This document shows positions 29,477 through 39,317 of a DNA stretch of 64,000 bases, piece by piece. How positions within the stretch are numbered: position 1 is the stretch's first letter; every line of letters begins with the position of its first letter. This DNA comes from Candidatus Latescibacterota bacterium. GTDB lineage: Bacteria; Latescibacterota; UBA2968; GCA-2709665. The stretch lies in assembly GCA_965219995.1 (NCBI GenBank), contig CBDCOX010000002.1, positions 3,488,001-3,552,000 on the forward strand. The letters run 5' to 3'. The position numbers and the translations under genes were made by a program. Below the pieces are notes generated by a model, which was not told the DNA's origin, searched no databases, and saw nothing but the letters and a program-made list of their open reading frames with translations.

Positions 29477-30145
29477 ATGGATCGGCAGGTTGTGAAGCGT
29501 TCGTCCACCCGTACGGGTGAATTACAGCTTGCGTCCGTTAAAGCCGGTCAGGATACCCATTTCGAACTCATCGTCAACGGTGTCGTCCTGATGGCCACCT
29601 ACAATGCGTCGTCCAATCGCGCATTGATGGAGGCCGTCATGGAAACATCGAGGTCGGGCAGGCACATCGACCTCCTGATCGGTGGTATGGGATTGGGAGT
29701 CTCCCTTCGCCAGGCGCTCGCCTATTCGAATGTGCATTCCGTGTGTGTGGTGGAACTCGAATCCCGGATTGTCAACTGGAACCGCGAGTACCTGGACAAT
29801 GCCGATATTCTGGACGATGCGCGTACGGAAGTGGTCGTTGGCGATTTTTACGACTACATAAAAGGAAATCCCCGAAGCTATCACGGCATTGCGCTGGATA
29901 TCGACAACGGTCCCGACTGGGTCGTACGTTCGGAAAACCGGCGCGCATACAGCGTATCGGCGCTGCAGACCCTGAGAACGCGGTTGCGATCGGGTGGAAC
30001 TCTGGCGATCTGGAGCCATGCCGTCAACCGTTCTTACGAACGCGCGCTGGACCGTGTCTTCGGCGGGGTGACTCTACAGCAAACGTGTGACCATAACCTG
30101 ACCGGAAAACCGCTCGAGAGCATCATCTACGCGGTTCGGGCCTGA
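29477..30145 (+). CDS. Spermidine synthase-like SAM-dependent transferase
   Basis: LIGGMGLG, VVELE, LDIDNGP, GGTLAIWS. Confidence 0.78.
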   Translation: MDRQVVKRSSTRTGELQLASVKAGQDTHFELIVNGVVLMATYNASSNRALMEAVMETSRSGRHIDLLIGGMGLGVSLRQALAYSNVHSVCVVELESRIVNWNREYLDNADILDDARTEVVVGDFYDYIKGNPRSYHGIALDIDNGPDWVVRSENRRAYSVSALQTLRTRLRSGGTLAIWSHAVNRSYERALDRVFGGVTLQQTCDHNLTGKPLESIIYAVRA

Positions 30146-30181
30146 CCGGCAGGCGTAGACCTCTGGAAAGGAATTTTGTGG

Positions 30182-31486
30182 ATGGACAAAGACTCACTCA
30201 CCATTACGGATAATCGCACCGGAAAAACCTACGACGTTCCCATTCTTTATGGCACATACCCCGAATACGGCGCCGCCATTCGAACCGCTGACTTGAAGCA
30301 GATTAAGGTCTCGGAGGACGATTTCGGGCTTCTCGGGTACGATCCGTCGTATCTGAATACCGGCTCCTGCCAGAGTTCCGTGACATTCATCGACGGCGAG
30401 AAGGGCATCCTCAGATACCGCGGATATCCAATCGAGCAACTCGCCGAGCGCAGCACCTACCTGGAAACATCGTATCTGCTGTTATACGGCGAACTTCCGG
30501 GACGGGCACAACTGGATGCCTGGAACGCGTCGGTGATGGAATACATGAGAGCTGAACCGAAGCTGACCGAATTGGTGAGCGGATTCCGGAAAGGCTCCCA
30601 TGCGATGGGAATGATGGTGGGCGTGTTGGGGTCTTTATCCACGTTCTACGACAATTCAAGAGACATCGGCTCGGAAGAGGAGCAGGAACAGCATGTCCGC
30701 CGGCTGATGGGCATGGCGCCGGTGGCCGCGGCAGCCGTGTACCGTCAAAGCCAGGGTCTGGACGTTGTGGAACCCGATCCATCGTTGGGGTTCTGCGCCA
30801 ATTATCTGAAGATGCTGTTTGACGGAACGAGCGCATACAGACCCGATCCGGCGCTTGAACGGGCGCTGGACGTCCTTTTGATATTACACGCCGATCACGA
30901 ACAAAACTGCAGCGCCAGCACCATGCGCGGCGTCGGGAGCAGCGGCGCAGACCCCTATTCGGCCGCGGCGGGAGCCGCCGCCGCACTGTACGGCCCGGCA
31001 CACGGGGGTGCGAATGAAGCCGTGCTGAAAATGTTGAACGAGATCGGATCCGTGGACAATATCCCCGCGTACATCAAGCGGGTGTATAACCGGGAAGTGC
31101 TCCTGCAGGGCTTCGGGCACCGGGTATACAAGAATTACGATCCCAGGGCCGCGATTATCAAGAAGACTGCCGAGGAGGTATTCGAAGTCACCGGCAGGAA
31201 CCCGCTCATCGACATCGCGGTGGAACTGGAGCGCATTGCGCTTGAGGAAGAGTTTTTCGTATCCCGCAGCCTGTATCCGAACGTGGACTTCTATTCGGGT
31301 ATCATCTACCAGGCGATGGGCCTGCCAACGGACATGATGACGGTGATGTTCGCGGTGGGCCGGATGCCCGGGTGGCTCGCGCAGTGGAAGGAACTGCTGC
31401 AAGACAAGGAGCAGCGTATCGCACGTCCGCGGCAGATTTACACGGGAGAAGATATCCGGGACTATACGTCGATGGGCGAGCGGTAG
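30182..31486 (+). CDS. gltA: Citrate synthase
   Basis: LRYRGYPIEQL, HADHEQNCS, HGGANE, GFGHRVYKNYDPR, YPNVDFYSG. Confidence 0.96.
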   Translation: MDKDSLTITDNRTGKTYDVPILYGTYPEYGAAIRTADLKQIKVSEDDFGLLGYDPSYLNTGSCQSSVTFIDGEKGILRYRGYPIEQLAERSTYLETSYLLLYGELPGRAQLDAWNASVMEYMRAEPKLTELVSGFRKGSHAMGMMVGVLGSLSTFYDNSRDIGSEEEQEQHVRRLMGMAPVAAAAVYRQSQGLDVVEPDPSLGFCANYLKMLFDGTSAYRPDPALERALDVLLILHADHEQNCSASTMRGVGSSGADPYSAAAGAAAALYGPAHGGANEAVLKMLNEIGSVDNIPAYIKRVYNREVLLQGFGHRVYKNYDPRAAIIKKTAEEVFEVTGRNPLIDIAVELERIALEEEFFVSRSLYPNVDFYSGIIYQAMGLPTDMMTVMFAVGRMPGWLAQWKELLQDKEQRIARPRQIYTGEDIRDYTSMGER

Positions 31487-31509
31487 GAAACGAATCTGTC
31501 ACAATAACG

Positions 31510-31554
31510 ATAAAACAGGGCGCAAAAGCCGTCGGCTTTTGCGCCCTGTTTTAT
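31510..31554. terminator. Bidirectional terminator-like perfect hairpin
   Basis: 21-bp arms ATAAAACAGGGCGCAAAAGCC-GTC-GGCTTTTGCGCCCTGTTTTAT. Confidence 0.8.
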
Positions 31555-31607
31555 GGGCTCTTCAGCACGGTAACGCGCGGAAGGGCCTCTTTATTTCGTT
31601 CTTATCG

Positions 31608-31898
31608 TTAATTCAATGGATGGGTATCCATGTACTCGCGCACGGCATTCCTGATCACTGTTTGAATACCTCCACCGTGTTTCGTGCAGTATTCAAAGGT
31701 TCCCCGGTCTATCGGAATCTGCGCCAGTATTTCGGTCTTTTCCCAATCTTCAGCGTTCATGAAAGGTGGCGCGTCCGGGTCGGAACGTGCAGCTGCGTTC
31801 AATTCCTCTTCCGTCAACACAGCGACCCGATTCCAGTCTGTCTTTGAGTCTTCCGGCAGGTCATCACGGGAATATCTCACGATATTTTCTTCGCTCAT
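31608..31898 (-). CDS. BrnA-like antitoxin
   Basis: MSEENIVRYS...SKTDWNRV...SDPDAPP...QTVIRNAVREYM (C-terminal RHH-like); own GGAGAG RBS. Confidence 0.7.
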   Translation of the reverse strand: MSEENIVRYSRDDLPEDSKTDWNRVAVLTEEELNAAARSDPDAPPFMNAEDWEKTEILAQIPIDRGTFEYCTKHGGGIQTVIRNAVREYMDTHPLN

Positions 31899-32039
31899 TT
31901 CGATTGGCTCTCCGTAATCTTTCCGGTTATCGATAATCGTGAAAACGGGTCCATCAAAAACGCGCGCCGCGGACAAGAAGCTCACGCCGTGTTTCTGAAT
32001 ATTCAGCTCATGCTTGCGTTCGTCCCATTCGAATTCCAT
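31899..32039 (-). pseudogene. Truncated BrnT toxin, fused in frame to brnA
   Basis: MEFEWDERKHELNIQKHGVSF...DNRKDYGE, after which the BrnT C-terminal half is missing. Confidence 0.75.
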
Positions 32040-32093
32040 AGCCTGTTGAAGTCAAAGATATGGAATCGGCCTTGTGACGTCAAGGTCGGTGGA

Positions 32094-32861
32094 TCACTCG
32101 CCATAGAGCTTTAATGGCGAAAGCGTGATGAGGGAGGGTTCGTTATCGAGGACGCTGGAGACAAATTCGATCGTGGGCGCGACGCGGAAGGCCTGCCAGA
32201 ATGAGGAACCGACGTATGTCTGGCTGACGAGGCCGGCGCATTTGACCCGATCGCCCATAACGCTGAAGTTGAATCCGGGCCACATGCGCGGCTCATCGGC
32301 CTTTTTGTATTTGCGCTCGACCCAGAGGGCCTGGTTGTAATGGAAGATGGAGCAGACGTTGAAGCCGACACCCATCAGCACGTAGAGCGCGTTGCGATCC
32401 ACCAGCCAGTCCCACGGCGAGCCATGACCGAACGCTTTCCCGTCCCAGGGGCTCGCGCGAGGCCCGGCGGAACCGTGGCCGCCGATCGCATTTCCGGCGT
32501 CGGCGCCGATGGCGGCCAGGGAGTCGCAGCAGTGGTCGCTGCGCACGGATTCGGAGCGCTGGCGGAAGACTTCGGTAATGTGCCCGACGTCGGACGGGGA
32601 TGTACGAATGTCCCAGGTTTCGCGGCGCGTCCGGTAGGTGGCGGATTCACCGTTGACCTTTTGCACGAACGTCGGAACAATCACGGTACCCGAGTCACCA
32701 ACGGCTTCGATGGCGCCGTCGATGACGGTGTCGGCGCCGCCCTGCACGTAGCCGAAGCTCTTGAGGGAACTGTGAAACAGAAGCGCGTCGCCTTCCTCAA
32801 GGCCAAGCTCGGCGAAGCCTTTCAGGATATCTCTCTTGCGGACTTTGTTCCGGCTTGCCAT
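32094..32861 (-). CDS. AAC(3)/Antibiotic_NAT family N-acetyltransferase
   Basis: LLFHSSLKSFG, GTVIVPTF, GHITEVFR, FGHGSPW; substrate unknown. Confidence 0.85.
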   Translation of the reverse strand: MASRNKVRKRDILKGFAELGLEEGDALLFHSSLKSFGYVQGGADTVIDGAIEAVGDSGTVIVPTFVQKVNGESATYRTRRETWDIRTSPSDVGHITEVFRQRSESVRSDHCCDSLAAIGADAGNAIGGHGSAGPRASPWDGKAFGHGSPWDWLVDRNALYVLMGVGFNVCSIFHYNQALWVERKYKKADEPRMWPGFNFSVMGDRVKCAGLVSQTYVGSSFWQAFRVAPTIEFVSSVLDNEPSLITLSPLKLYGE

Positions 32862-33061
32862 TGGCGATGTGTGGATTCCGTTCTGCGATTCAGACTGCTG
32901 TAAGATCCGAGGACGAAATGAACCGGTATTGTTCAGTCCGACGGCGAGGATGCAGCGTCATCTGTCTCTTTCAACAGTTGAAGAAATCTGAGAATCCCCG
33001 CCAGACCTGTCTTCATGGAGAATCTCCAAAGACAGATTCTCAACCCTGATAAGATCCGCAA

Positions 33062-33277
33062 TCAAAGCTTCGGCCGGTTACGCATTTTCTTGATTTCGCT
33101 GAGGATCTCTTCCAATGTCATATCCTCGAAAATGCGCTCCCGATCCTGGGTGTAATTACCATAACCTATTGCAAATTGATTGATGAATCGTATCGTATTC
33201 GCAATACCAATCTCTTTGGAAAGCACTTCAAGGGCGTCCTTGGTTATTTCGCTCAAAGCCTTTTCCTGAACTGTCAT
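33062..33277 (-). CDS. Small hypothetical protein, probable antitoxin of a PIN-type pair
   Basis: ALEVLSKEIGIANTIRFINQF...GNYTQDR; GAGGA RBS and ATGA overlap with an upstream remnant. Confidence 0.55.
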   Translation of the reverse strand: MTVQEKALSEITKDALEVLSKEIGIANTIRFINQFAIGYGNYTQDRERIFEDMTLEEILSEIKKMRNRPKL

Positions 33278-33453
33278 TCCTCAATCTCCGATATGAGTTC
33301 GGTGGCAGAAACAAACTGCACCCAGTAGTTTCCCGATGCATCTGCCTGACTAAGCCATTGTCGATCACGGACCAAAAAGGCGGTATGTATCATAAGTCAT
33401 TGATTTTATTGCCTTTTTCTGATCAAATGGTCTCTCTTTTGAGAATCTCAATT

Positions 33454-33482
33454 TTGACAGATGAACAAATGTATAGTATATT
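33454..33482 (+). promoter_or_regulatory. Sigma70-type promoter for darG-darT
   Basis: TTGACA-17-TATATT. Confidence 0.6.
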
Positions 33483-33615
33483 AACACAGGTAATCTATCC
33501 GAGTCTTTTTTGCCGCTGAATGGCCCCTGAGAAAAGGAATTGACCGATTTTTGCATTGAGCGCTATACTACATTCTGTTAAATAAAAACGCTCAATGCAG
33601 AAAGGACGGAGGATA

Positions 33616-34545
33616 ATGATCACCTACGTGTTAGGGAATTTGTTCGAATCCCCGGCTCGGGTTCTTGTGAATACGGTTAATACCGTAGGGGTCATGGGTA
33701 AAGGGATCGCGAAGGATTTCAAGCGGATATACCCGGAGATGTTTCGTGAATATCAGAAGCACTGTGAAACGAAACGGCTTACGGTGGGTAAGCTCTGGCT
33801 CTACAAAACTACAAACAAATGGATTCTCAATTTTCCAACTAAGACAACCTGGCGTAAACCTTCAGAAATAGAATACATCGAAAGTGGCTTAAATACCTTC
33901 GTAAGGGAATATGCGAAACGAGGCATAACCAGCATAGCGTTTCCACCTTTAGGATGTGGAAACGGTGAACTGGATTGGGAACGACAGGTACAACCTTTAA
34001 TGGCAAAGTACCTGGGAAAGCTCCCGATTGATATTTTTGTACATATATATGGACAGGATCCGTTAGTTCCAGAACATAGAGACATAAAAACAATGGCGAG
34101 TTGGTTAAGGTCCGATCTCAAATCTCTAGGGTTTTTGGAGGTATGGAAGGATTTGACTGAAATGATCGGTTCCGGTATAGATTTAACCACAATGCCTGAT
34201 CGCGAAATCTGCCACGTTGAGGTTGTTTCTGAACTCGATGAACCGGGAATCTGTTTTCATTTCGACAACCAGAAAACCTTTATCCCAGAAGAGGAGATTC
34301 TTGAACTGTGGACTGCAATCCGAAATTGCGGCTTTGTCATTCCGTCGAGTATGCCAGCGGGTTTAGATGAAATTTCGAATCAGTTAGTCGCACTTTTTTC
34401 GAAACTACCTTATTGTCGGCCGGTGTCAGCTAGCAATGACTATTTCACATTGCGTTCACGCCACAGCATTGGGCTTCAGCTGTTACCTCAAGCAGTTCCA
34501 CCTAAGATATTTGAGCAATTCCCTTTTGAGTTTAAACCAGTATGA
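33616..34545 (+). CDS. darG: Macrodomain protein, DarG-like antitoxin
   Basis: GNLF, LVNTVNTVGVMGKGIA, ILNFPTK, SIAFPPLGCGNG; adjacent to darT. Confidence 0.82.
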   Translation: MITYVLGNLFESPARVLVNTVNTVGVMGKGIAKDFKRIYPEMFREYQKHCETKRLTVGKLWLYKTTNKWILNFPTKTTWRKPSEIEYIESGLNTFVREYAKRGITSIAFPPLGCGNGELDWERQVQPLMAKYLGKLPIDIFVHIYGQDPLVPEHRDIKTMASWLRSDLKSLGFLEVWKDLTEMIGSGIDLTTMPDREICHVEVVSELDEPGICFHFDNQKTFIPEEEILELWTAIRNCGFVIPSSMPAGLDEISNQLVALFSKLPYCRPVSASNDYFTLRSRHSIGLQLLPQAVPPKIFEQFPFEFKPV

Positions 34546-35543
34546 CGAAGCATTTAAAACAAAATGCGGAGAAAATCGTTGCTCACTTTCGGTCAATTAA
34601 ACAAGAGGATTGGTTACAAGAATCGCAACGTTGGTGGCCAGGCCGCTTGTTCCACTTCACGGATCTGACAAATGCGGTTAAGATTCTCGGCGATGGCAAA
34701 TTGGTGTCCCGTTCTGAATTAGAACAAACTGGGGGATTAGTTACGGACATTGCAAGCCCTGAAGTCATTTCATCTACAGGGTCACGGTGGAAAGAGTATG
34801 TGCGTCTATATTTTCGTCCGCGCACACCTACACAGTACACAAATGAGGGTTTCCGACCAGTTGGCCAGAGGGAATTGAACGCTCACTGTCCCGTACCAAT
34901 CAGTTTTATATTTGACGCCGAATCAATTCTGACGAGACCGCCAACCCTGTTTAGCGATGGAAATCTGGCTGCTGGCGCGGAGCCAGGGAACACTGCTGAA
35001 TACTTTCTATCGCTCCCCTTCGAGAAGATTTACCATGATCGTAGTTTGTGGGGACTGAGTGACAGTGAAAAGCGCAATATAATCTATCATCGACACGCTG
35101 AAGTTATAGTTCCCGACGCTATTGATCTATCCAGCTTAAGGTTAATCGGTTGTCGGTCCGAAGCCGAATTCCAGACTCTCATTCATTTGCTTCCTTCTGA
35201 TGTGTATCTAAAATGGTCGAAGCGAATTGCCGTCAGCAGGAGATTTGGGTTGTTCTTTAGACGTTGGCCCTTTTTGGAAAGAGCTGATCTCAGTATTTCT
35301 GCCAACTCTTTCAGTTTCAACCCATCGGCGAACATTGGTCCTTTTCATGCGAAGATAGAACTGACAGAGACCCGGACACGGAAGGTTTATGTATGGGAGA
35401 AGAATGACTTCCACGCGAGCGGTACGTTGTCGCTTGACCTGCCTAATTTAGCTAATCCAGAGAACTATACCGTGAAATTTTCGCTTGATGGACATTTGGC
35501 TTACGAAAACCGATATTTGGATGATTCAGCGTTACCTTTTTGA
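34542..35543 (+). CDS. darT: DarT-like (DUF4433) DNA ADP-ribosyltransferase
   Basis: HFTDLTNAVKIL, YVRLYFRPRTP, FSDGNLA, catalytic RHAEVIV; ATGA overlap with darG. Confidence 0.82.
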   Translation: MTKHLKQNAEKIVAHFRSIKQEDWLQESQRWWPGRLFHFTDLTNAVKILGDGKLVSRSELEQTGGLVTDIASPEVISSTGSRWKEYVRLYFRPRTPTQYTNEGFRPVGQRELNAHCPVPISFIFDAESILTRPPTLFSDGNLAAGAEPGNTAEYFLSLPFEKIYHDRSLWGLSDSEKRNIIYHRHAEVIVPDAIDLSSLRLIGCRSEAEFQTLIHLLPSDVYLKWSKRIAVSRRFGLFFRRWPFLERADLSISANSFSFNPSANIGPFHAKIELTETRTRKVYVWEKNDFHASGTLSLDLPNLANPENYTVKFSLDGHLAYENRYLDDSALPF

Positions 35544-35573
35544 ATCTATTTTACATAATTGAGTTTGATTTCG

Positions 35574-35602
35574 TGGCGGCCAGAATGGCCGCCATTGTTT
35601 TT
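35574..35602 (+). terminator. Intrinsic terminator after darT
   Basis: TGGCGGCCA-GAA-TGGCCGCCA followed by TTGTTTTTT. Confidence 0.75.
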
Positions 35603-35879
35603 TCCGGTACCATCGAAATCCCATGAGGCCTAACCGAACAGTTACGTCAAATCGGACCAGATCTAAGGAACTCCAAGTGTTCGTGTACGTAACACTTTGA
35701 AACTTGCTCCCGAGCGCACTCGTAGTTGCGCCCGGAGGTAGCATCCCTTCTCACATAAAGACCGCCTTCCCGTCACAATCTGCGCCTCCGGCATGCATAC
35801 AATCGAAAAAAGCGATTGGACCGGAAAATGTCGGAGAGGAATTGGTTTTTCGTTGTGTGCTGAATTATCGGATCGGTTT

Positions 35880-37226
35880 TCAACGTCGCATGCGGAGCGC
35901 GCTGTCGACGGCCGAGACCAGCTGATCCACGTGTTGGTTTTCCATCGGCAATGAGACATTGCCGCCGAGTTTCCAGTATATCCCCCGGTTGAGCAGCGCG
36001 AAGAACAGCCATCGGTGCAACTGCTGGTTGTCCCGGGCGGCTTCCCGGTAGTTGCGGGGTTTTTCGGGAAGAAAGTGGACGCGGAAGAGGGAACCGGCGG
36101 TCGTCACCCCGGCCTGAAGGCCGGCGTCCAGGAAAACGCGTTCGAGCCGACCGGCAAGGCGCCGGGTAAGCGTATCCAGCCTTTCGTAGGCGTCCGGCGT
36201 GAGCAGTCGAAGGGTCGTGAGCCCCGCGACGACGGCGATGGGGTTGGCGTTATACGTGCCGGAATGGGGAATCTGCGGAGCGCCTTCCGTGGGATTGTAC
36301 AGGTCCAGGACGTCGGAGCGTCCGCCGACAACGGCGCCGGGCGTGCCGCCGGCGACGACTTTGCCCAGACACGTGAGGTCAGGGCGCACCCCGTACGTTT
36401 CCTGCGCGCCACCGCGGGCGATGCGGAAACTGACGATTTCATCGAATATGAGCAGGACGCCGGCGCGTTCCGTGATTTCGCGGAGATGTGAGAGAAAGCC
36501 GTCAACCGGAAGGGTAAAGCCGGCGGCCGTGGAAAGCGGATCGACCACCACCGCGGCCAGCTCGTCCCGTTGTTCGTTGATGATACTCTTACATGCGTCC
36601 GGGTCGTTGAACGGGAGGACGATGACATTCCCGACGGCCTCGGGCGTGAGGCCGCGTGAGGAAGGCACGGATTCAGGCCTGTCAGGCGGCCCCAGCTCCC
36701 AGTCTACGGGAGGGAGATAGCTGACCATGGCATATTCGTCCATCCCGTGGTACGCGCCTTCGAACTTGGCGATCTTCATTCTGCCGGTGAAAGCGCGGGC
36801 GGCGCGGATGGCATTCAGGATGGCTTCGGTTCCCGAGCTGCAGAAGCGCACCTTTTCAAACGAACCGACGCGGTTCTTCAGGAATTCGGCCATTTCGACT
36901 TCGAGGGCCAGCGGCCGCGAGAAGCCTGTGCCCCGGGCTATGCGCTCCTGGAGGGCGGCGACGATTTCGGGGTGGGCGTGGCCCAGGATGAGGGCGGTAT
37001 TGTTGTTCACGAAATCGAGAAGCCGGTGGCCGTCCAGGTCGATGAGGTGGACGCCTTCGCCTCTATCGGCGTAGACCGGGTACGGGTCGAAGTGCACGCC
37101 TGTGCGCGTATTTCCGCCCGGCAGAGACGCCTGTGCGCGTCTGAACATATCCCGGGAACGCGGATGGTGGTCCATGTATTCGGCAATCTGCCTTTCCATC
37201 GATGCCCGTATGGTTCGAGCGTCCAT
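35880..37226 (-). CDS. Class III PLP aminotransferase (glutamate-semialdehyde aminomutase-like)
   Basis: SGTEA, KFEGAYHG, LIFDEIVSFR, DLTCLGK, SGTYNANP; GAGGA RBS before ATG 37226. Confidence 0.88.
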   Translation of the reverse strand: MDARTIRASMERQIAEYMDHHPRSRDMFRRAQASLPGGNTRTGVHFDPYPVYADRGEGVHLIDLDGHRLLDFVNNNTALILGHAHPEIVAALQERIARGTGFSRPLALEVEMAEFLKNRVGSFEKVRFCSSGTEAILNAIRAARAFTGRMKIAKFEGAYHGMDEYAMVSYLPPVDWELGPPDRPESVPSSRGLTPEAVGNVIVLPFNDPDACKSIINEQRDELAAVVVDPLSTAAGFTLPVDGFLSHLREITERAGVLLIFDEIVSFRIARGGAQETYGVRPDLTCLGKVVAGGTPGAVVGGRSDVLDLYNPTEGAPQIPHSGTYNANPIAVVAGLTTLRLLTPDAYERLDTLTRRLAGRLERVFLDAGLQAGVTTAGSLFRVHFLPEKPRNYREAARDNQQLHRWLFFALLNRGIYWKLGGNVSLPMENQHVDQLVSAVDSALRMRR

Positions 37227-37499
37227 GCATTCCTCGCTGCGGGTGTAGCGGGCGTCGAAGATGGAGAGGCGAACCTCCTCCCGCCCATTTCTCTGAATGG
37301 TCTCATAATACCGAAAAATGTCACGCCATTTCAACTGTTGTTTGCAGGCTCGGGCGAGGGGTCGGCAGGAGGCGGAAGGGGTTGACTTGCCCCGGATACA
37401 GGTGTAGGATATAGCAGTCAGGATGGACTTCGTCATCGGGCTAGCAAGGCGTGTTTCAGACGGGATGACGTGATATCGACGTTGAATGGAGGTGTCGTT

Positions 37500-38486
37500 A
37501 TGGCGGGTTTTTCGGGCGACGTGTTGCCGCTGCTTACCGACGACCTGGCGGTGGCGAAGGCGAATATCGAGCGCTTTGGATATTGTCTGCTGAAGGAGGC
37601 GTTGAGCCCGGATCAGGTCGCGGCCATGCGGGGAAGGCTGGTGGAGCAGGCGGCGGCGGAGAGACAGCGGGGCGCCGCGTATGAAGACGGTGGGCCGGAC
37701 CAGAACTGGGGGTCGTTCCGTGACGAAACCGGCCGGGTGCGGCCGGACGCCTTCACGGCGGCCGCCGGGGGCGTCAACCAGCGGCTCTGGATGTTGATCA
37801 ACAAGGGACGGGTGTTTCACCAGGTGCTGTTTCAGAAACGGGTGCGAGAGGTGATCGGCCACGTTCTTGGCGAGGAGTATCTGCTTTCCAGCTTTACGGC
37901 AAATATTGCGAAGCCCGGCGGCGTGGAGATGGACCTGCATACCGACCAGTGGTGGATGCCCTCGCCCACACGGCCCGGCCGCAGGGCACTGCCGGTGGGC
38001 TCGATTACACGGGAGCGGTCTGACGTGGATGGGCACAGCGACCCGCGGATGATTGCACCGGCAGCAGCGGTGAACGTATTGTGGATGCTCGTGGATTTTA
38101 CCGCCGGAAACGGCGGTACGCGCGTTGTGCCTGGAAGCCATCTGTTCGGGCGGCAGCCGGACAAGGGCTGCAATATGGAGGCGGTTGCCGCGGAAGGCCC
38201 GGCCGGTACGGCCCTGATGATCGACGCACGAATCTGGCACGGGACCGGGGCCAACGTAACCGGCGGGCAACGCCTTGCGCTCCTCACGACTTTCTGCGGG
38301 CCGCAGTTTCGTCCCCAGGAAAATCTCACCGTGGGCACCTCGACGGAGGTGTTGAGGGAAGCGTCTCCCGAATTGCTGGCGCTGCTGGGATTCAAGGTAT
38401 GGAACGCGTACGGCCGCATCGAAAACCCGGCGGTGGAGTTCATTTCGCCTGGCGAATCGTCGCTGGGAGAGCTGCGGCCGGAGTAA
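37500..38486 (+). CDS. Phytanoyl-CoA dioxygenase family protein
   Basis: LHTDQ, NGGTRVVPGSH, WHGTGAN, FRPQEN; GGAGG RBS. Confidence 0.88.
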   Translation: MAGFSGDVLPLLTDDLAVAKANIERFGYCLLKEALSPDQVAAMRGRLVEQAAAERQRGAAYEDGGPDQNWGSFRDETGRVRPDAFTAAAGGVNQRLWMLINKGRVFHQVLFQKRVREVIGHVLGEEYLLSSFTANIAKPGGVEMDLHTDQWWMPSPTRPGRRALPVGSITRERSDVDGHSDPRMIAPAAAVNVLWMLVDFTAGNGGTRVVPGSHLFGRQPDKGCNMEAVAAEGPAGTALMIDARIWHGTGANVTGGQRLALLTTFCGPQFRPQENLTVGTSTEVLREASPELLALLGFKVWNAYGRIENPAVEFISPGESSLGELRPE

Positions 38487-38490
38487 CGCT

Positions 38491-38754
38491 ATGGCGCCCC
38501 GAGAGCGGGTTGAACGCAGGACCATTTCGATCCACTGCGCCAGGTGCCGGACGTTGCTCTACAAGTACCGTAAAGGCGGCCGGGGCGGGCTGGTCAAGTG
38601 CATCGTGGAACGGATCGTGGAGGACTTCACCCACGGAGATTTGAAGTGCCCGGATTGCGGGCAGGCATTTGCGCGGGAGCGGATGATGGGCGGACGGCCG
38701 GCGCACAAGATCATCCAGGGCAAGGTGTATACCAGGGGGATGTCGAGGAAATAA
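38491..38754 (+). CDS. Small basic zinc-ribbon-like hypothetical protein
   Basis: CARC and CPDC pairs; fills the operon gap between phyH and msrA. Confidence 0.65.
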   Translation: MAPRERVERRTISIHCARCRTLLYKYRKGGRGGLVKCIVERIVEDFTHGDLKCPDCGQAFARERMMGGRPAHKIIQGKVYTRGMSRK

Positions 38755-38773
38755 ACTCAGTCAGGAGACGACA

Positions 38774-39313
38774 ATGGCCGAACAACTGGCGACGCTTGGA
38801 GGGGGATGCTTCTGGTGCGTGGAAGCGTTTTTTCAGGACCTGAATGGCGTATCGGAAGTGGTTTCAGGGTATGCGGGAGGGTCGGTTCCGAATCCGACCT
38901 ATCAGGAGGTGTGCAACGGAACCACGGGACACGCCGAGGTGGTCCAGATCCGATTCGATCCAGAATCGGTTTCCTACGGGGACCTGCTGGACGTGTTCTG
39001 GCGCACTCACGATCCCACAACGCTGAACCGCCAGGGGGCGGACGTGGGCACGCAGTACCGGTCCGTGATATTCCATCACGACGAGCAACAGCGGGCGGAA
39101 GCGGAACGATCCATGGCGGATGCGGATGCGTCGGACCTTTGGGCGGATCCGATCGTGACCGAAATCTCGCCCTTCACGGAATTCTACCGGGCCGAGGACT
39201 ATCATCAGAATTACTATCGTTCGAATCGCGCCCAACCGTATTGCATGTTCGTTATTGATCCGAAGATGCAGTGGTTCAGAAAGTCGTTTCAGGAACGGTT
39301 GAAAACAGGGTAA
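38774..39313 (+). CDS. msrA: Peptide methionine sulfoxide reductase A
   Basis: GGCFWC, GHAEVVQ, GTQYRS, AEDYHQNY. Confidence 0.96.
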   Translation: MAEQLATLGGGCFWCVEAFFQDLNGVSEVVSGYAGGSVPNPTYQEVCNGTTGHAEVVQIRFDPESVSYGDLLDVFWRTHDPTTLNRQGADVGTQYRSVIFHHDEQQRAEAERSMADADASDLWADPIVTEISPFTEFYRAEDYHQNYYRSNRAQPYCMFVIDPKMQWFRKSFQERLKTG

Positions 39314-39317
39314 TTGA

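Noticed and set aside
35660-35800. Cluster of small hairpins after the darT terminator, including a GCCTCCGGC triloop
   Set aside because: Single copy, no heptamer arms and no recognisable RNA family; insufficient support.
37227-38525. Apparent 881-aa aminotransferase with a long N-terminal extension
   Set aside because: The extension is the antisense shadow of the phyH gene; the aminotransferase has its own RBS and ATG at 37226.
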